Source: Candidatus Latescibacterota bacterium
GTDB taxonomy: Bacteria; Latescibacterota; UBA2968
DNA length: 64,000 bases
Direction of reading: 5' to 3'
Assembly: GCA_965116885.1 (NCBI GenBank)
Contig: OZ220741.1
Location: 32,001-96,000 of the forward strand
Below are positions 52,207-62,007 of this stretch, in pieces. Positions within the stretch are counted from its first letter, which is position 1, and every line of letters starts with the position of its first letter. The notes under the pieces are model-generated. The model had not been told where the DNA came from. It saw only the letters and a list, made by a program, of their open reading frames with translations, and did no database searches. Both the position numbers and the translations under genes were made by a program.

Positions 52207-53199
52207 ATGGGAAAAATATACCAATCAAAAAAATCCGGTCTCTATAAATGGCCGCTCATTGGACAGCATTCCTCACTCTTAGACGTGCAAAAGCGCGCGT
52301 ACCGCGTGGCGAATAGCGAATTGCCCGTCAACATCAATGGTGAGACTGGCACGGGTAAGGAATTGCTCGCCCGTTATGTTCATGGGATTAGCCACCGCAA
52401 CAAGGGACCATTTGTAACCGTTGACTGCGGCATACTCTCTTCTGAAATGTCGCGCAGCGAGTTATTTGGACATGTTCGAGGTGCTTTTACCGGTGCCAGT
52501 GAAACGCGCACCGGACTGGTTGAATCTGCCCACGGCGGTACGCTATTCCTCGATGAAGTGGGCGAATTGCCAGCCAATCTTCAGTTGCAATTGCTACGCC
52601 TGGTACAGGAGCAGGAATTTCGCCGCGTAGGCGAAGCATCCATGCGCCGATCTGACGTGCGCCTGGTCACTGCGACACACTGCAACTTGCGAAAAATGGT
52701 GCGAAAAGGAACTTTCCGAGAAGATCTCTATTACCGCTTAAATGTCGTACCCCTGCATTTGCCACCCCTGCGGAAGCGACTGAGCGACTTACCTCTTCTG
52801 GTCACACATTTTTACAAGAACATGAACGGATACACCCGCGCGTTTTCCCCCGAAGTCATTCAAAGGATGTCGCGTTATGCATGGCCCGGCAATGTTCGGG
52901 AACTACAACACGAAGTCGCCCGATTGATGGTCATGGCCGAAGGTAAAATTATCCGCGTATCCGATCTGCACCCTCGCATTCGAGGGGCAAAGGCCGAGGT
53001 CGATGTATTTGACCTCCCCTTTAAGGAAGCCAGACAGCTGGCGAACAGCCGGTTTATGCGAGAGTATCTTCACAGAGCTTTGCAGCGAACACAGGGCAAT
53101 GTAACCCAGGCAGCGCGAGAATGCGGGATTGGCCGACAATATTTCCAATTGCGTATGTCTGAACACGGTCTAAAGTCGGCATCTTACAAACAAAAATAA
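52207..53199 (+). CDS. sigma54-dependent activator lacking an N-terminal sensory domain
   Basis: GETGTGKE, GAFTGA, FLDEVG, FREDLYYRL, WPGNVREL, C-terminal HTH; only ~15 aa before the AAA+ core. Confidence 0.88.
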   Translation: MGKIYQSKKSGLYKWPLIGQHSSLLDVQKRAYRVANSELPVNINGETGTGKELLARYVHGISHRNKGPFVTVDCGILSSEMSRSELFGHVRGAFTGASETRTGLVESAHGGTLFLDEVGELPANLQLQLLRLVQEQEFRRVGEASMRRSDVRLVTATHCNLRKMVRKGTFREDLYYRLNVVPLHLPPLRKRLSDLPLLVTHFYKNMNGYTRAFSPEVIQRMSRYAWPGNVRELQHEVARLMVMAEGKIIRVSDLHPRIRGAKAEVDVFDLPFKEARQLANSRFMREYLHRALQRTQGNVTQAARECGIGRQYFQLRMSEHGLKSASYKQK

Positions 53200-53217
53200 T
53201 ACCTCACGGTGTACCCA

Positions 53218-53251
53218 AAAAACGTCAATGGAAAAACCCATTGACGTTTTT
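53218..53251 (+). terminator. Intrinsic (possibly bidirectional) terminator
   Basis: 14-bp stem AAAAACGTCAATGG/CCATTGACGTTTTT. Confidence 0.7.
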
Positions 53252-53278
53252 CCTTGCAGGGTGTTTCTTGAGCGTATC

Positions 53279-56200
53279 ATGCAATACATCGCCGACATAC
53301 ACCTGCACTCGCGTTTTGCCCGCGCAACCAGCAAGACCCTGAACCCCGAAAACCTGTATCGGTGGAGCCTCATCAAAGGTCTGACCGTGGTAGGCACCGG
53401 AGATTTCACCCATCCGGTATGGTTTGAAGAACTGCGCGATCAACTCGAACCCGCCGAAGAAGGGTTATATCAACTGCGCCCAGACCTCAGGCGAGGTATC
53501 GACGCCGAGTTACCACAAGCCTGCCGCGGACAAATGCGATTTGTGCTCTCGGTCGAAATCAGCCTCATCTACAAAAAAAACGACAAAACGAGAAAAATAC
53601 ATCACGTCGTCACAATGCCGAGTTTTGACGCTGTGGCGCGCTTGAATGCCCGACTCGGCGCAATAGGCAATCTGAAATCCGACGGACGCCCCATCCTCGG
53701 CCTGGACAGCCGGGACCTGGTAGAAATTTGTCTGGAAGCGTGTGACGAGGTACTCTTTATACCCGCCCACATCTGGACCCCTCACTTCGCGGTCCTCGGC
53801 GCGAGTTCTGGATTCGACACCCTCGAAGAATGTTTTGAAGACATGCTCCCCCACATCTTCGCCGTAGAAACCGGCCTGTCTTCCGATCCGCCGATGAACT
53901 GGCGCCTATCCATGCTGGACAACTACGCAATCGTCTCCAATTCCGATGCACATTCCCCGCAAAAACTCGCCCGCGAAGCCACCTGCTTTAACACCGAATT
54001 ATCCTTTCGAGGAATGTATGACGCATTAAAAGACCGCGATCCAACGCGCTTCACCGGCACCCTGGAATTTTATCCCGAAGAAGGCAAATATCACTTTGAC
54101 GGACATCGAAAATGCGATATATGCTGGAAACCCGTACAAACCCTCGAAGCAGACGGGATCTGTCCGGTATGTAATCGCAAATTGACCGTTGGCGTACTCC
54201 ACCGCGTTGAAAAACTCGCAGACCGCGCAGAAGGCGACCGCCCCAACGTGGCGATGCCCTTTGAAAATCTGATCCCACTGCCAGAAATCATCGGTTCAGT
54301 CCTCCAGGTGGGACCGACCAGCAAACGCGTACAATCCGTGTACGAACAAATGCTCGCAACACATGGGGCAGAGCTGAAAATCTTGCGCGAACTGCCCATC
54401 GAAGAAATCGCAAAAACAGGAGACCCCCTCATCGCCGAAGGCATTCGACGCATGCGCGAAGGCACAGTTCACATAGACCCGGGATACGACGGCGTGTACG
54501 GCAAAATTCAAGTCTTCTCCGACGAAGACCGCGCACGCCTGAGCGGACAGGAATCGCTGTTTCACATACCAGTCTCAGAGCCTTCGAAAGAGAAAGAAGA
54601 GAAAGCAAGCCTGGACAAGAGCACAGAAACCGAGATCGTCAGAGATTCTCCCTTCACACTTCCCACTTCTCACTTCACACTTCTCGATCCCCACCAGCAA
54701 GCAGCCGTAACAACAGAAAAAGGTCCCGTCATCGTAACAGCGGGACCTGGCACCGGAAAAACCAGGGTACTCACCCATCGCGTAATCGACCTGATCCAGA
54801 ACCGCGGCGTATCGCCCGCTTCTGTAATGGCCGTAACATTCACCAACCGCGCCGCAACTGAAATGTGGGAACGCATCGTATCACTATCCTCGGGAGGAGA
54901 AGAACTGGTACCCATGCGCGTGGGCACATTCCACCGCCTATCACTGGACCTCCTGCGAGAATACGCCCCCGAGCGACTGGGCGCAATAGCCGACCGCGGA
55001 GAAGCCCGTGCCCTCTTGCAAGAAGTAATCGCCGACATCGACACCGAAATACCGATTGATGACGCCCTCTCTCAGATCTCCCTGTACAAAGCCTGTGCTG
55101 AAGATCAAGACATCATTTCCCCCGAACTCCAAACCATTTATACAAATTATCAACACCGCCTCACCACGTATGGACTGATGGACTTTGACGACATCTTGCT
55201 CATACTCCACGATGTACTCTGCGGCGATATATTGCGGACAGTGCAAGCGCGTTTTTCCCATGTACTCGTCGATGAATTTCAAGACGTCAACGCCGTACAA
55301 TACGCACTAATTCAAAAACTGGCTGGGGATGGTTCCGGTCTATTCGTCATCGGCGATCCCGATCAAGCTATCTACGGTTTTCGAGGCGCGAGCGCAGAAT
55401 ATTTTGCACAGTTAAAATCGGACTTTCCCGAAACAAACGAAGTCATATTGCAGCACACATTTCGCTCCACACCTCAGATTATCTCCGCAGCATCCAGCCT
55501 GCTTGGCGAGCGATCGTACGATCCCGTACGAGAAAATGGTCCTAATCTAAGAATACTATCCACACCCGGCGAAACAGGCGAAGGCATCGCCATCGTAGAA
55601 GAAATCTCCCGGATGGTCGGCGGCGCAGACTTATTGCAAGCCAACGAAGAAGGCAAACGCAGCCTGGACGACTTTGCCGTATTGTTCCGCACCGGACGCC
55701 AGGCAGACGCCCTGGAAGCGTGCTTCTTACAGGCCGGGATCCCCTATCGCGTCGTCGGACAGAAAAATTATCTGGACGCGGCCTCGGTACAGCATGCACT
55801 ATCGTTTTTTAAGTGCCTCCTGAAGGACAACATTTCCAGCACCCCAACCACCAGAGATATAACCGACCTCCTCTCCATCCCCGCATTTGACCCTGGCCGA
55901 GAAGCCCGCGCATCAATACGCCAGCAAATACAAAACAACACACTATCAGACACTGTACAGGAAAAATTGGACACCGCGATAGAAGCTGTAGATCGCTTCC
56001 GCAATGAAACATCCCACCTATCGCCTTCCGAACGCATAGCAAAGTGGGCAGAAGAATTTGCGACATCAGACGACATCGACATCGAACGACTGGGCCTATT
56101 AGCTCAAGGCGTGGATTCCATCGCAGAGCTATTGGAAATCATCACCCTCGGACAAGATGGCGACTTTGTACGTCGTGGAAAAATTGCGCGGCCCGAAGCC

Positions 56201-56509
56201 GTCACGCTCATGACCTTGCATGCGTCCAAGGGCCTGGAGTTTCCCGTAGTATTTATCAGCGGAGTTGAGGAAGGATTGATACCGCATGCCGAAGCGAATA
56301 TCGAAGAAGAGAAACGCCTATTTTTCGTCGGCATAACCCGCGGACAAGACGAAGTAATCTTAACCCGCGCCCGAAGCCGCAGACGCTTTGGCGAACGCAT
56401 CGCACCCAAAATATCGCGCTTTGTGACCGACATCCCCGAAGAAGTGATCGAATTTGTCGATCTGCGAACCGAAAGACGCAAGCCCGCCGAACAATTATCC
56501 CTATTTTAA
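53279..56509 (+). CDS. EndoQ-family PHP nuclease fused to a UvrD/PcrA-type SF1 helicase
   Basis: ADIHLHS, GTGDFTH, PAHIWTP, ETGLSSD, SNSDAHS, CDIC..CPVC; AGPGTGKT, VDEFQD, GDPDQAIYGFRGA, TLHASKGLEF, RLFFVGITR. Confidence 0.88.
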   Translation: MQYIADIHLHSRFARATSKTLNPENLYRWSLIKGLTVVGTGDFTHPVWFEELRDQLEPAEEGLYQLRPDLRRGIDAELPQACRGQMRFVLSVEISLIYKKNDKTRKIHHVVTMPSFDAVARLNARLGAIGNLKSDGRPILGLDSRDLVEICLEACDEVLFIPAHIWTPHFAVLGASSGFDTLEECFEDMLPHIFAVETGLSSDPPMNWRLSMLDNYAIVSNSDAHSPQKLAREATCFNTELSFRGMYDALKDRDPTRFTGTLEFYPEEGKYHFDGHRKCDICWKPVQTLEADGICPVCNRKLTVGVLHRVEKLADRAEGDRPNVAMPFENLIPLPEIIGSVLQVGPTSKRVQSVYEQMLATHGAELKILRELPIEEIAKTGDPLIAEGIRRMREGTVHIDPGYDGVYGKIQVFSDEDRARLSGQESLFHIPVSEPSKEKEEKASLDKSTETEIVRDSPFTLPTSHFTLLDPHQQAAVTTEKGPVIVTAGPGTGKTRVLTHRVIDLIQNRGVSPASVMAVTFTNRAATEMWERIVSLSSGGEELVPMRVGTFHRLSLDLLREYAPERLGAIADRGEARALLQEVIADIDTEIPIDDALSQISLYKACAEDQDIISPELQTIYTNYQHRLTTYGLMDFDDILLILHDVLCGDILRTVQARFSHVLVDEFQDVNAVQYALIQKLAGDGSGLFVIGDPDQAIYGFRGASAEYFAQLKSDFPETNEVILQHTFRSTPQIISAASSLLGERSYDPVRENGPNLRILSTPGETGEGIAIVEEISRMVGGADLLQANEEGKRSLDDFAVLFRTGRQADALEACFLQAGIPYRVVGQKNYLDAASVQHALSFFKCLLKDNISSTPTTRDITDLLSIPAFDPGREARASIRQQIQNNTLSDTVQEKLDTAIEAVDRFRNETSHLSPSERIAKWAEEFATSDDIDIERLGLLAQGVDSIAELLEIITLGQDGDFVRRGKIARPEAVTLMTLHASKGLEFPVVFISGVEEGLIPHAEANIEEEKRLFFVGITRGQDEVILTRARSRRRFGERIAPKISRFVTDIPEEVIEFVDLRTERRKPAEQLSLF
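54652..54686 (+). repeat. Heptamer tandem repeat (CTTCNCA)x5 in the domain linker
   Basis: cttcaca cttccca cttctca cttcaca cttctcg. Confidence 0.75.
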
Positions 56510-57811
56510 AACACCGAGCATCTCGTGTACAGCGTTGTGAATGCGGTCTTCTGTATCTTCAAGGAAGGGACCCGTGCGTTTCCAGTGTTGCTGATTAAAC
56601 CAGACCTCGTAACCCCCTTCTGGAATCTGCCGTTTGACGGGAATATAACCCACGATGTCATTCGTATAAGCCGCCACCAGAAGATTGTCAAAATAAGGCC
56701 CCAGTTCTCTTTTTAAACGCAACCCGTGCTCCACATTCATCTCCGCGGCAAGCCCGACTATTGCCAGCGCATCGCCAAAACGCACGGTCTGGATCTCAAA
56801 CGGAAAACTGGTCACAACGGGAATATTGTTTTCAACGCTCTCGAACAAATGTCGCGCCCATGCCCGCACATAATCCGAACCGGCGTCCAGACTGGCCTTA
56901 ACCAGATCCATATCGATGGGTTCGGTCTCTATACTGAGAATGGTCTGCGCAATAGAAATCGGACCGCTTATGGGCTGCAGGTCTTGCGAAGCGAGTACCC
57001 GGGCAACGGACTCACCCAATTCGACGCCAATATCGCGGATCTCATCAACCTCCCGCGGAACAAAAACATTTGACATCGGATCAACGGGCTTCGTCTTCTG
57101 ATCTCCGGCACAACCCTGCAAAAAACAAGTCTCGACATCGGGATACACCGCTTCGATATGATCATAAGCAAAACACACGTAATCCCCCCCAATAAGCGTC
57201 CCGCTACGGCTGGTGGGATGACAGGCGTAAGAAAAAATAACACACCGCAACTCGCCTTCGGGAGATTCCACCGCAATAACTGGAACATCGTGGTCGTGAG
57301 GCGCTTCCAAAGAGGGCACCCACGCCACACCGCCTTTCCCATCTGGCTTGCGACGAGATCTCGCAATATCACAACTCCCCGTACCAAAACGAAGGCGCGC
57401 AGGAGACCGGTCTTCCCAGGCTATTTTTGCACAGCGCGCGACATTTTCAAAAAGATCTTCGAGATAATCGTCATCCAGTTCCCCGTGCCGCTCCCTATCC
57501 ATCTCCCGGATACAGGGACCGCAATGCGTATGCGAACCATTCAGAATAATATGCACCGGATCAATACCCGTAACCGCGTTAATCCTGCTTCTCACCTCCT
57601 CAGTCCGCTCGTAAAACCCCAGAATCTCGGCACCCACGATAAGCAGCGGTGTCAGCCCGTCGTCTATCGCAACCGCCGTAGCCTTCAAAGGGTGATAAAC
57701 CTCAGTAGAAGGCTCTTGCCGCGCCGCGAACCCGGCCAGATAAATTCCCACGGACGGGGTAATATCGACCGTGCTAACGCCGACTTGATAGGTATGATTG
57801 GACGATGACAT
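56501..57811 (-). CDS. Neutral/alkaline ceramidase-like hydrolase
   Basis: DITP..G..LAGF..R, SHTHCGP, YACHPT, QGCAGD, GYIP. Confidence 0.75.
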   Translation of the reverse strand: MSSSNHTYQVGVSTVDITPSVGIYLAGFAARQEPSTEVYHPLKATAVAIDDGLTPLLIVGAEILGFYERTEEVRSRINAVTGIDPVHIILNGSHTHCGPCIREMDRERHGELDDDYLEDLFENVARCAKIAWEDRSPARLRFGTGSCDIARSRRKPDGKGGVAWVPSLEAPHDHDVPVIAVESPEGELRCVIFSYACHPTSRSGTLIGGDYVCFAYDHIEAVYPDVETCFLQGCAGDQKTKPVDPMSNVFVPREVDEIRDIGVELGESVARVLASQDLQPISGPISIAQTILSIETEPIDMDLVKASLDAGSDYVRAWARHLFESVENNIPVVTSFPFEIQTVRFGDALAIVGLAAEMNVEHGLRLKRELGPYFDNLLVAAYTNDIVGYIPVKRQIPEGGYEVWFNQQHWKRTGPFLEDTEDRIHNAVHEMLGVLK

Positions 57812-57823
57812 GACATATATTCC

Positions 57824-58957
57824 TTATAAAAATCGCGTAATTTGATACGCATCTATCTCTGTTTCGGGATCTTTCTCCAAAACCAGATCCGCAATGAGCT
57901 TGCCACTATAGGGACCGAGTTGCAAGCCCGTGGGACCGTGTCCGGTTGCGAGATAAATATTTTGAATATTGGGAACCGAACCGAGAACTGGCAAATGGTC
58001 CTCCGTGTACGGACGCAGCCCAACCCGAATCTCGCGGACCTCAGCCTGCGCCAGACCCGGCGCAACCCGCAGGGCCTCTGCCAGAACCTCGAGCACCCCC
58101 GCGGCAGTGGTGCGCGCCTCAAAACCCGATCCCGTCTCCCGCGTTGCCCCCACAACCACGCGGCCATCCGGCCAGGGAACCATGTAATGACCCCGCACAG
58201 CACTGATAATGGGCCATGACGACGTATCCGTATCACCCAGACCCAGATGGATAATCTGACCGCGCTGAGGCTCAACCGGAATATGAACACCGAGCTGATC
58301 CCCAAACCCCTGCGACCATGCCCCACCCGCGATCACAACCTTACCGGCGGAGATCGTTTCTCCATCTGTAATAACGCCCGTAACCGAATCATCCCGGATC
58401 AATAGTTGTTCAACCCCGGCGTGTTTGACCGCCAGCCCCTTCGCTTCGGCAGCCCTATGCAGAGCAGCCGATAGCAGCCGACCATCCACGCGGGCGGCAT
58501 CGCGGTAGAAAATCGCACCGCGCACATCCCCCAAAGCGGGAAAACGCCTGCGCGCCTCGTCCGAGGAAATCTCGTACAAATCCTCCTCAGCCGGTTCACC
58601 GCGTTGATCCCGGCGATTAAAAATGTGCTGCCGCGCAATAGCAAAGGACTCTATTTCATCGTACGAAACAGCGACCAGCATCATACCACAAGTTGCAAAA
58701 CCCGTATCTCCATCCTGTTCCGCCTGCAAATTATCCACCAATTGTGGATAATATTCAGAAGCAAACGCAGCAAGACGCAGCCAGGGATCCGGATCGCGGG
58801 TATTGGTAGCAGGCGAAAGAATACCCGCACCAGCATCCGTAGCGCGCCCAGCATCTCTCCGATCAACGAGCAGAGTCTTTGCACCGTCGCACACCAGATG
58901 ATACGCAGCAGAAATCCCGACAACACCACCGCCGATAACAATAGCGTCATAACTCAT
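57824..58957 (-). CDS. FAD-dependent oxidoreductase (DAO/glycine oxidase family)
   Basis: IGGGVVG, ATDAGAG, AGGAW, GLRP, ATGHG..G. Confidence 0.88.
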   Translation of the reverse strand: MSYDAIVIGGGVVGISAAYHLVCDGAKTLLVDRRDAGRATDAGAGILSPATNTRDPDPWLRLAAFASEYYPQLVDNLQAEQDGDTGFATCGMMLVAVSYDEIESFAIARQHIFNRRDQRGEPAEEDLYEISSDEARRRFPALGDVRGAIFYRDAARVDGRLLSAALHRAAEAKGLAVKHAGVEQLLIRDDSVTGVITDGETISAGKVVIAGGAWSQGFGDQLGVHIPVEPQRGQIIHLGLGDTDTSSWPIISAVRGHYMVPWPDGRVVVGATRETGSGFEARTTAAGVLEVLAEALRVAPGLAQAEVREIRVGLRPYTEDHLPVLGSVPNIQNIYLATGHGPTGLQLGPYSGKLIADLVLEKDPETEIDAYQITRFL

Positions 58958-58975
58958 TTTTTATCTCTTTCCGTA

Positions 58976-59818
58976 TTATCCTGACAGACTCCATATCTCA
59001 GCCGCGGTCCCGCCCAGAATGCGTTCTATATCCCCATCCGTCAGAAAGGGCAACCCCTCGCGAATAAGGCGAAGCTCATCAGCAAGCGTGGGCCACTTGT
59101 GTCTGACCCGATGATACCCGGGATACCCAGTCCCCCAGACCGTACGCTGAGCAGTAAAAACCCCCAGCGCCGCCTCAATATACGGATGCACATCTTCGTA
59201 CGGATGGACTCTTTGCGAACGACCAGCCACATCCGAGAGTTTAAAAAACACATTGTCAAAACGCGCCAGATCCAGAACCGGCTGATAATCGGCAAGCGGA
59301 CGATCTATTTGCGGGTACCCCATATGGTCTAAAATAAGAACAGTCTCCGGACACCGCTGCGCAATAGCAGCGACCTGATCCGCATCCTCGGGCCGCAAAT
59401 GAAACTGGACAACAGCATTGAGCGCCGCAATCTCTTCCCACATCGGACCATTCTGCTCCGTAAGCAGAATCTTCTCATCGGGATAGTACATCGGATGCAA
59501 ACGGAACCCAACCAGACCGCGCTCCCGGATCCAGTAGCGCACCTGCTCGGCATTGTCGGGATCCTGGGGATCAATAAGGCCATGCCCGACAAACCGATCC
59601 GGATACCGAACAACCGAGTCCGCAATATAACCGTTATCCCATGTGGACCAGCTCGTCTGCACAAGCACCGTCCAATCCACCCCTTCGGCATCCATATCAG
59701 CCAAAAGTTCCTCAGCAGTACCCGGCTCATCCGGATAGCTATTCCACGTCGGCGCAGTGGGACCAACCGGATACTTATCCGAAATTTCCCAGATATGAAC
59801 GTGCGTATCTACAATCAT
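58976..59818 (-). CDS. Amidohydrolase_2 family protein
   Basis: VDTHVHIW, DHMG, KLS, WGT. Confidence 0.85.
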   Translation of the reverse strand: MIVDTHVHIWEISDKYPVGPTAPTWNSYPDEPGTAEELLADMDAEGVDWTVLVQTSWSTWDNGYIADSVVRYPDRFVGHGLIDPQDPDNAEQVRYWIRERGLVGFRLHPMYYPDEKILLTEQNGPMWEEIAALNAVVQFHLRPEDADQVAAIAQRCPETVLILDHMGYPQIDRPLADYQPVLDLARFDNVFFKLSDVAGRSQRVHPYEDVHPYIEAALGVFTAQRTVWGTGYPGYHRVRHKWPTLADELRLIREGLPFLTDGDIERILGGTAAEIWSLSG

Positions 59819-59831
59819 AAATAAGTCCTAT

Positions 59832-59861
59832 AAGAAACAAAAGCCCGATAGAATCGGGCTT
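59832..59861 (-). terminator. Intrinsic terminator downstream of rpn
   Basis: AAGCCCGAT/ATCGGGCTT stem; T-rich tail on the minus strand. Confidence 0.6.
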
Positions 59862-59904
59862 ATTCATATAGTTTGCGGGATGTGCATAATTCCATATAAT
59901 CGCG

Positions 59905-60153
59905 TCACGCATCCAACGCTTGCTCAAATGCCTCAAGGCTGGGCACCTGGATCGCTGCACGATGCAACTGCTTGAGACGTTGCAAATCGTCAATCGCGGC
60001 AATGCAAGCAGATAAAGGGTGCGCTTCGCTCAGATCAAATCGAATCTCCAACACTTCGAGGATATCTTCGAGCGTGCTTTTTCTTTCGCCCTGCTCAATG
60101 CCCTGCTTCATAATGTATTGTGCAAACGACGATTCGCGCATGATTGCGTCCAT
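59905..60153 (-). CDS. Putative intragenic small protein (RpnS-like), in frame with rpn
   Basis: AGGAGG-5 nt-ATG inside rpn giving MDAIMRESSFAQYIMKQGIEQG..., 82 aa. Confidence 0.6.
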   Translation of the reverse strand: MDAIMRESSFAQYIMKQGIEQGERKSTLEDILEVLEIRFDLSEAHPLSACIAAIDDLQRLKQLHRAAIQVPSLEAFEQALDA

Positions 60154-60786
60154 AAGCCCCTCCTGTAAGAGAATGCGATTGATCAGTGTCTGATCATACG
60201 CTAACCCACTCAATATCATCATCCTGCCTAAAATGTCAACCTTTATTGATTTATCCACCCGCAGTGCATTCGCGGCGTCAACACAGTGGCGAAACCACGC
60301 ATCCGAGTCCATCCTATCAGGACGTTTCATCAAGGTGGTAAACGGAAACAAGCCCGAAGGCCCGCCATCAAGAATATCCTGTCCCTCTATCTCACTCAGC
60401 CGAACCACTGTGTATTCTATCACAACGGGACGGCCGGATATTTCCTGAACAAAGTACCCTGGATCGCGCCGACCTGCACTGCGCCGCAAGTAGATCACAC
60501 TCGAATAAATCGGCAGGTTGTGCTGCTCAATCGCACGTATCATATAGCCCGCCATGCGGAGCGGCATAGAGGGATCGTCAGTCGTTTGAAACTCCGTATG
60601 GATCAATGTCTCCTTGCCCGCAATATGGACGCGGATAAGGCTATCGGTATGTCGTATTTCAACCGTGTTTTGCTCTGTGTCGAGTATGTCCAGGACTTCT
60701 ACATCGTCCTGTTCAAGTGTGAGGCGGATAAAGTCTTTGGGATAGGTCTGAATCAGATCTTTGGAGACAGAATCATATTCGGCCAT
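59905..60786 (-). CDS. Rpn/YhgA-like PD-(D/E)XK nuclease
   Basis: YDSVSK, TDSL, HTEFQT..D..MPLRM..Y, C-terminal QGIEQGE..LEIRF. Confidence 0.8.
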   Translation of the reverse strand: MAEYDSVSKDLIQTYPKDFIRLTLEQDDVEVLDILDTEQNTVEIRHTDSLIRVHIAGKETLIHTEFQTTDDPSMPLRMAGYMIRAIEQHNLPIYSSVIYLRRSAGRRDPGYFVQEISGRPVVIEYTVVRLSEIEGQDILDGGPSGLFPFTTLMKRPDRMDSDAWFRHCVDAANALRVDKSIKVDILGRMMILSGLAYDQTLINRILLQEGLMDAIMRESSFAQYIMKQGIEQGERKSTLEDILEVLEIRFDLSEAHPLSACIAAIDDLQRLKQLHRAAIQVPSLEAFEQALDA

Positions 60787-61095
60787 GAGGGATGCCCAGG
60801 GTCTGATGGGTGAATTTGATCAGACACAAAGCAAATATCAGGCCAACATCACAGAAATTGAGCGATACATTGTATGGACAGAAACTCAAGTACCCTCATC
60901 AGGCTTTTAATATACTGTATTGCGCCCTTACCTTAAATATACGGATCGCATCTGGAGGCACATACAAACGGAACGCGCCGGGATACAAAAGTGTACGTTT
61001 TGATCCATGAATGATGGGATTCGTGAAAGATTTTTACATTTGGGAAAAAGGGACTAAACCTTGTTTTAAAAAGTGATTCCGTAAGGGACATCACC

Positions 61096-62007
61096 CTATT
61101 CAAGGTAATTTCCTTTAAACACCTCTTTAACATGCCAACCTATGAAACTCGCATTCGGATAAAAGGACACCCTTTGAGGAAAGTTGATTTTTTTACCGTG
61201 AAATCTCAGAAGCCATTCTTTAAAACCCACTGAACCGCAAGCATCCTTCGATACCCGTATTTCTAATTGCTCTAACAGCGCAAACGCCCCACGGTCAAAT
61301 AGCTTATGATGTAGCGAACATAGAGCCAATCCATTTACTTCTATATCGGGACCACCCGCCTGATGCCATTTGATATGGGCAGCTTCTAATCCAACGGGTT
61401 TGTCGCCTAATTTTACATCAAAACCACAGATAGCACATTTATACTCATAGGCTTTCAGTATATTTGTCCGGAAGTGAGGGGAACGCTTTCGCGCCTTAGA
61501 AATCTGGGGAGCAAACACAATTTCCGTGACCTGTAAAATGTCTTCAATTCCAGCAGCCTGTAAAATATCTTCATGAATCGAAGCAGGAAAATGAGCGTAT
61601 AGCAAGCCATGAATTATTTCAGACGCCAGTTTAGAATCATGTTGAAGCTGCTGGGCAATAGCTTCGAGAAAACCACCAGAAACATTGTAACTATCAAGAT
61701 CCCCTTTTAAGGCATCGCCACTTTTTGTTAGTCCAATCTTGTCGGCATCAGATACTTCCCAAACGCTATCTTTGCGGAGCCGCCAAAATGGATATTCTGT
61801 TCGATAATTAGCTCGTTTGGGGCCAAACTCTCTCAGTAATTCTTCAAGATCCCTGTCTATTTCGGAGTAGGGAATCAGTCGGCGGTTATCTTGTCGCAAT
61901 TTTCCAATTGCATAGAGAACCAGTAAAGGTTTGTGAGGTGCTCTTTCTCCACTTCTTTTCCATATATTCAAATTCGCGAATTTCTGAAGAATTAATTTCC
62001 TATTCAT
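61096..62007 (-). CDS. SBD-HNH endonuclease (putative phosphorothioate-dependent type IV restriction)
   Basis: RAPHKPLLVL and YPFWRL SBD-type motifs; CAICG, LEAAHIK, NGLALC.LHHKLFD. Confidence 0.8.
   Translation of the reverse strand: MNRKLILQKFANLNIWKRSGERAPHKPLLVLYAIGKLRQDNRRLIPYSEIDRDLEELLREFGPKRANYRTEYPFWRLRKDSVWEVSDADKIGLTKSGDALKGDLDSYNVSGGFLEAIAQQLQHDSKLASEIIHGLLYAHFPASIHEDILQAAGIEDILQVTEIVFAPQISKARKRSPHFRTNILKAYEYKCAICGFDVKLGDKPVGLEAAHIKWHQAGGPDIEVNGLALCSLHHKLFDRGAFALLEQLEIRVSKDACGSVGFKEWLLRFHGKKINFPQRVSFYPNASFIGWHVKEVFKGNYLE

Noticed and set aside
59905..60786. Rpn as an IS transposase or mobile element
   Set aside because: No terminal inverted repeats, target duplications or DDE motif seen; the family is a PD-(D/E)XK nuclease.
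60810..61133. Short ORFs between rpn and the HNH gene
   Set aside because: No recognisable motif or convincing RBS.
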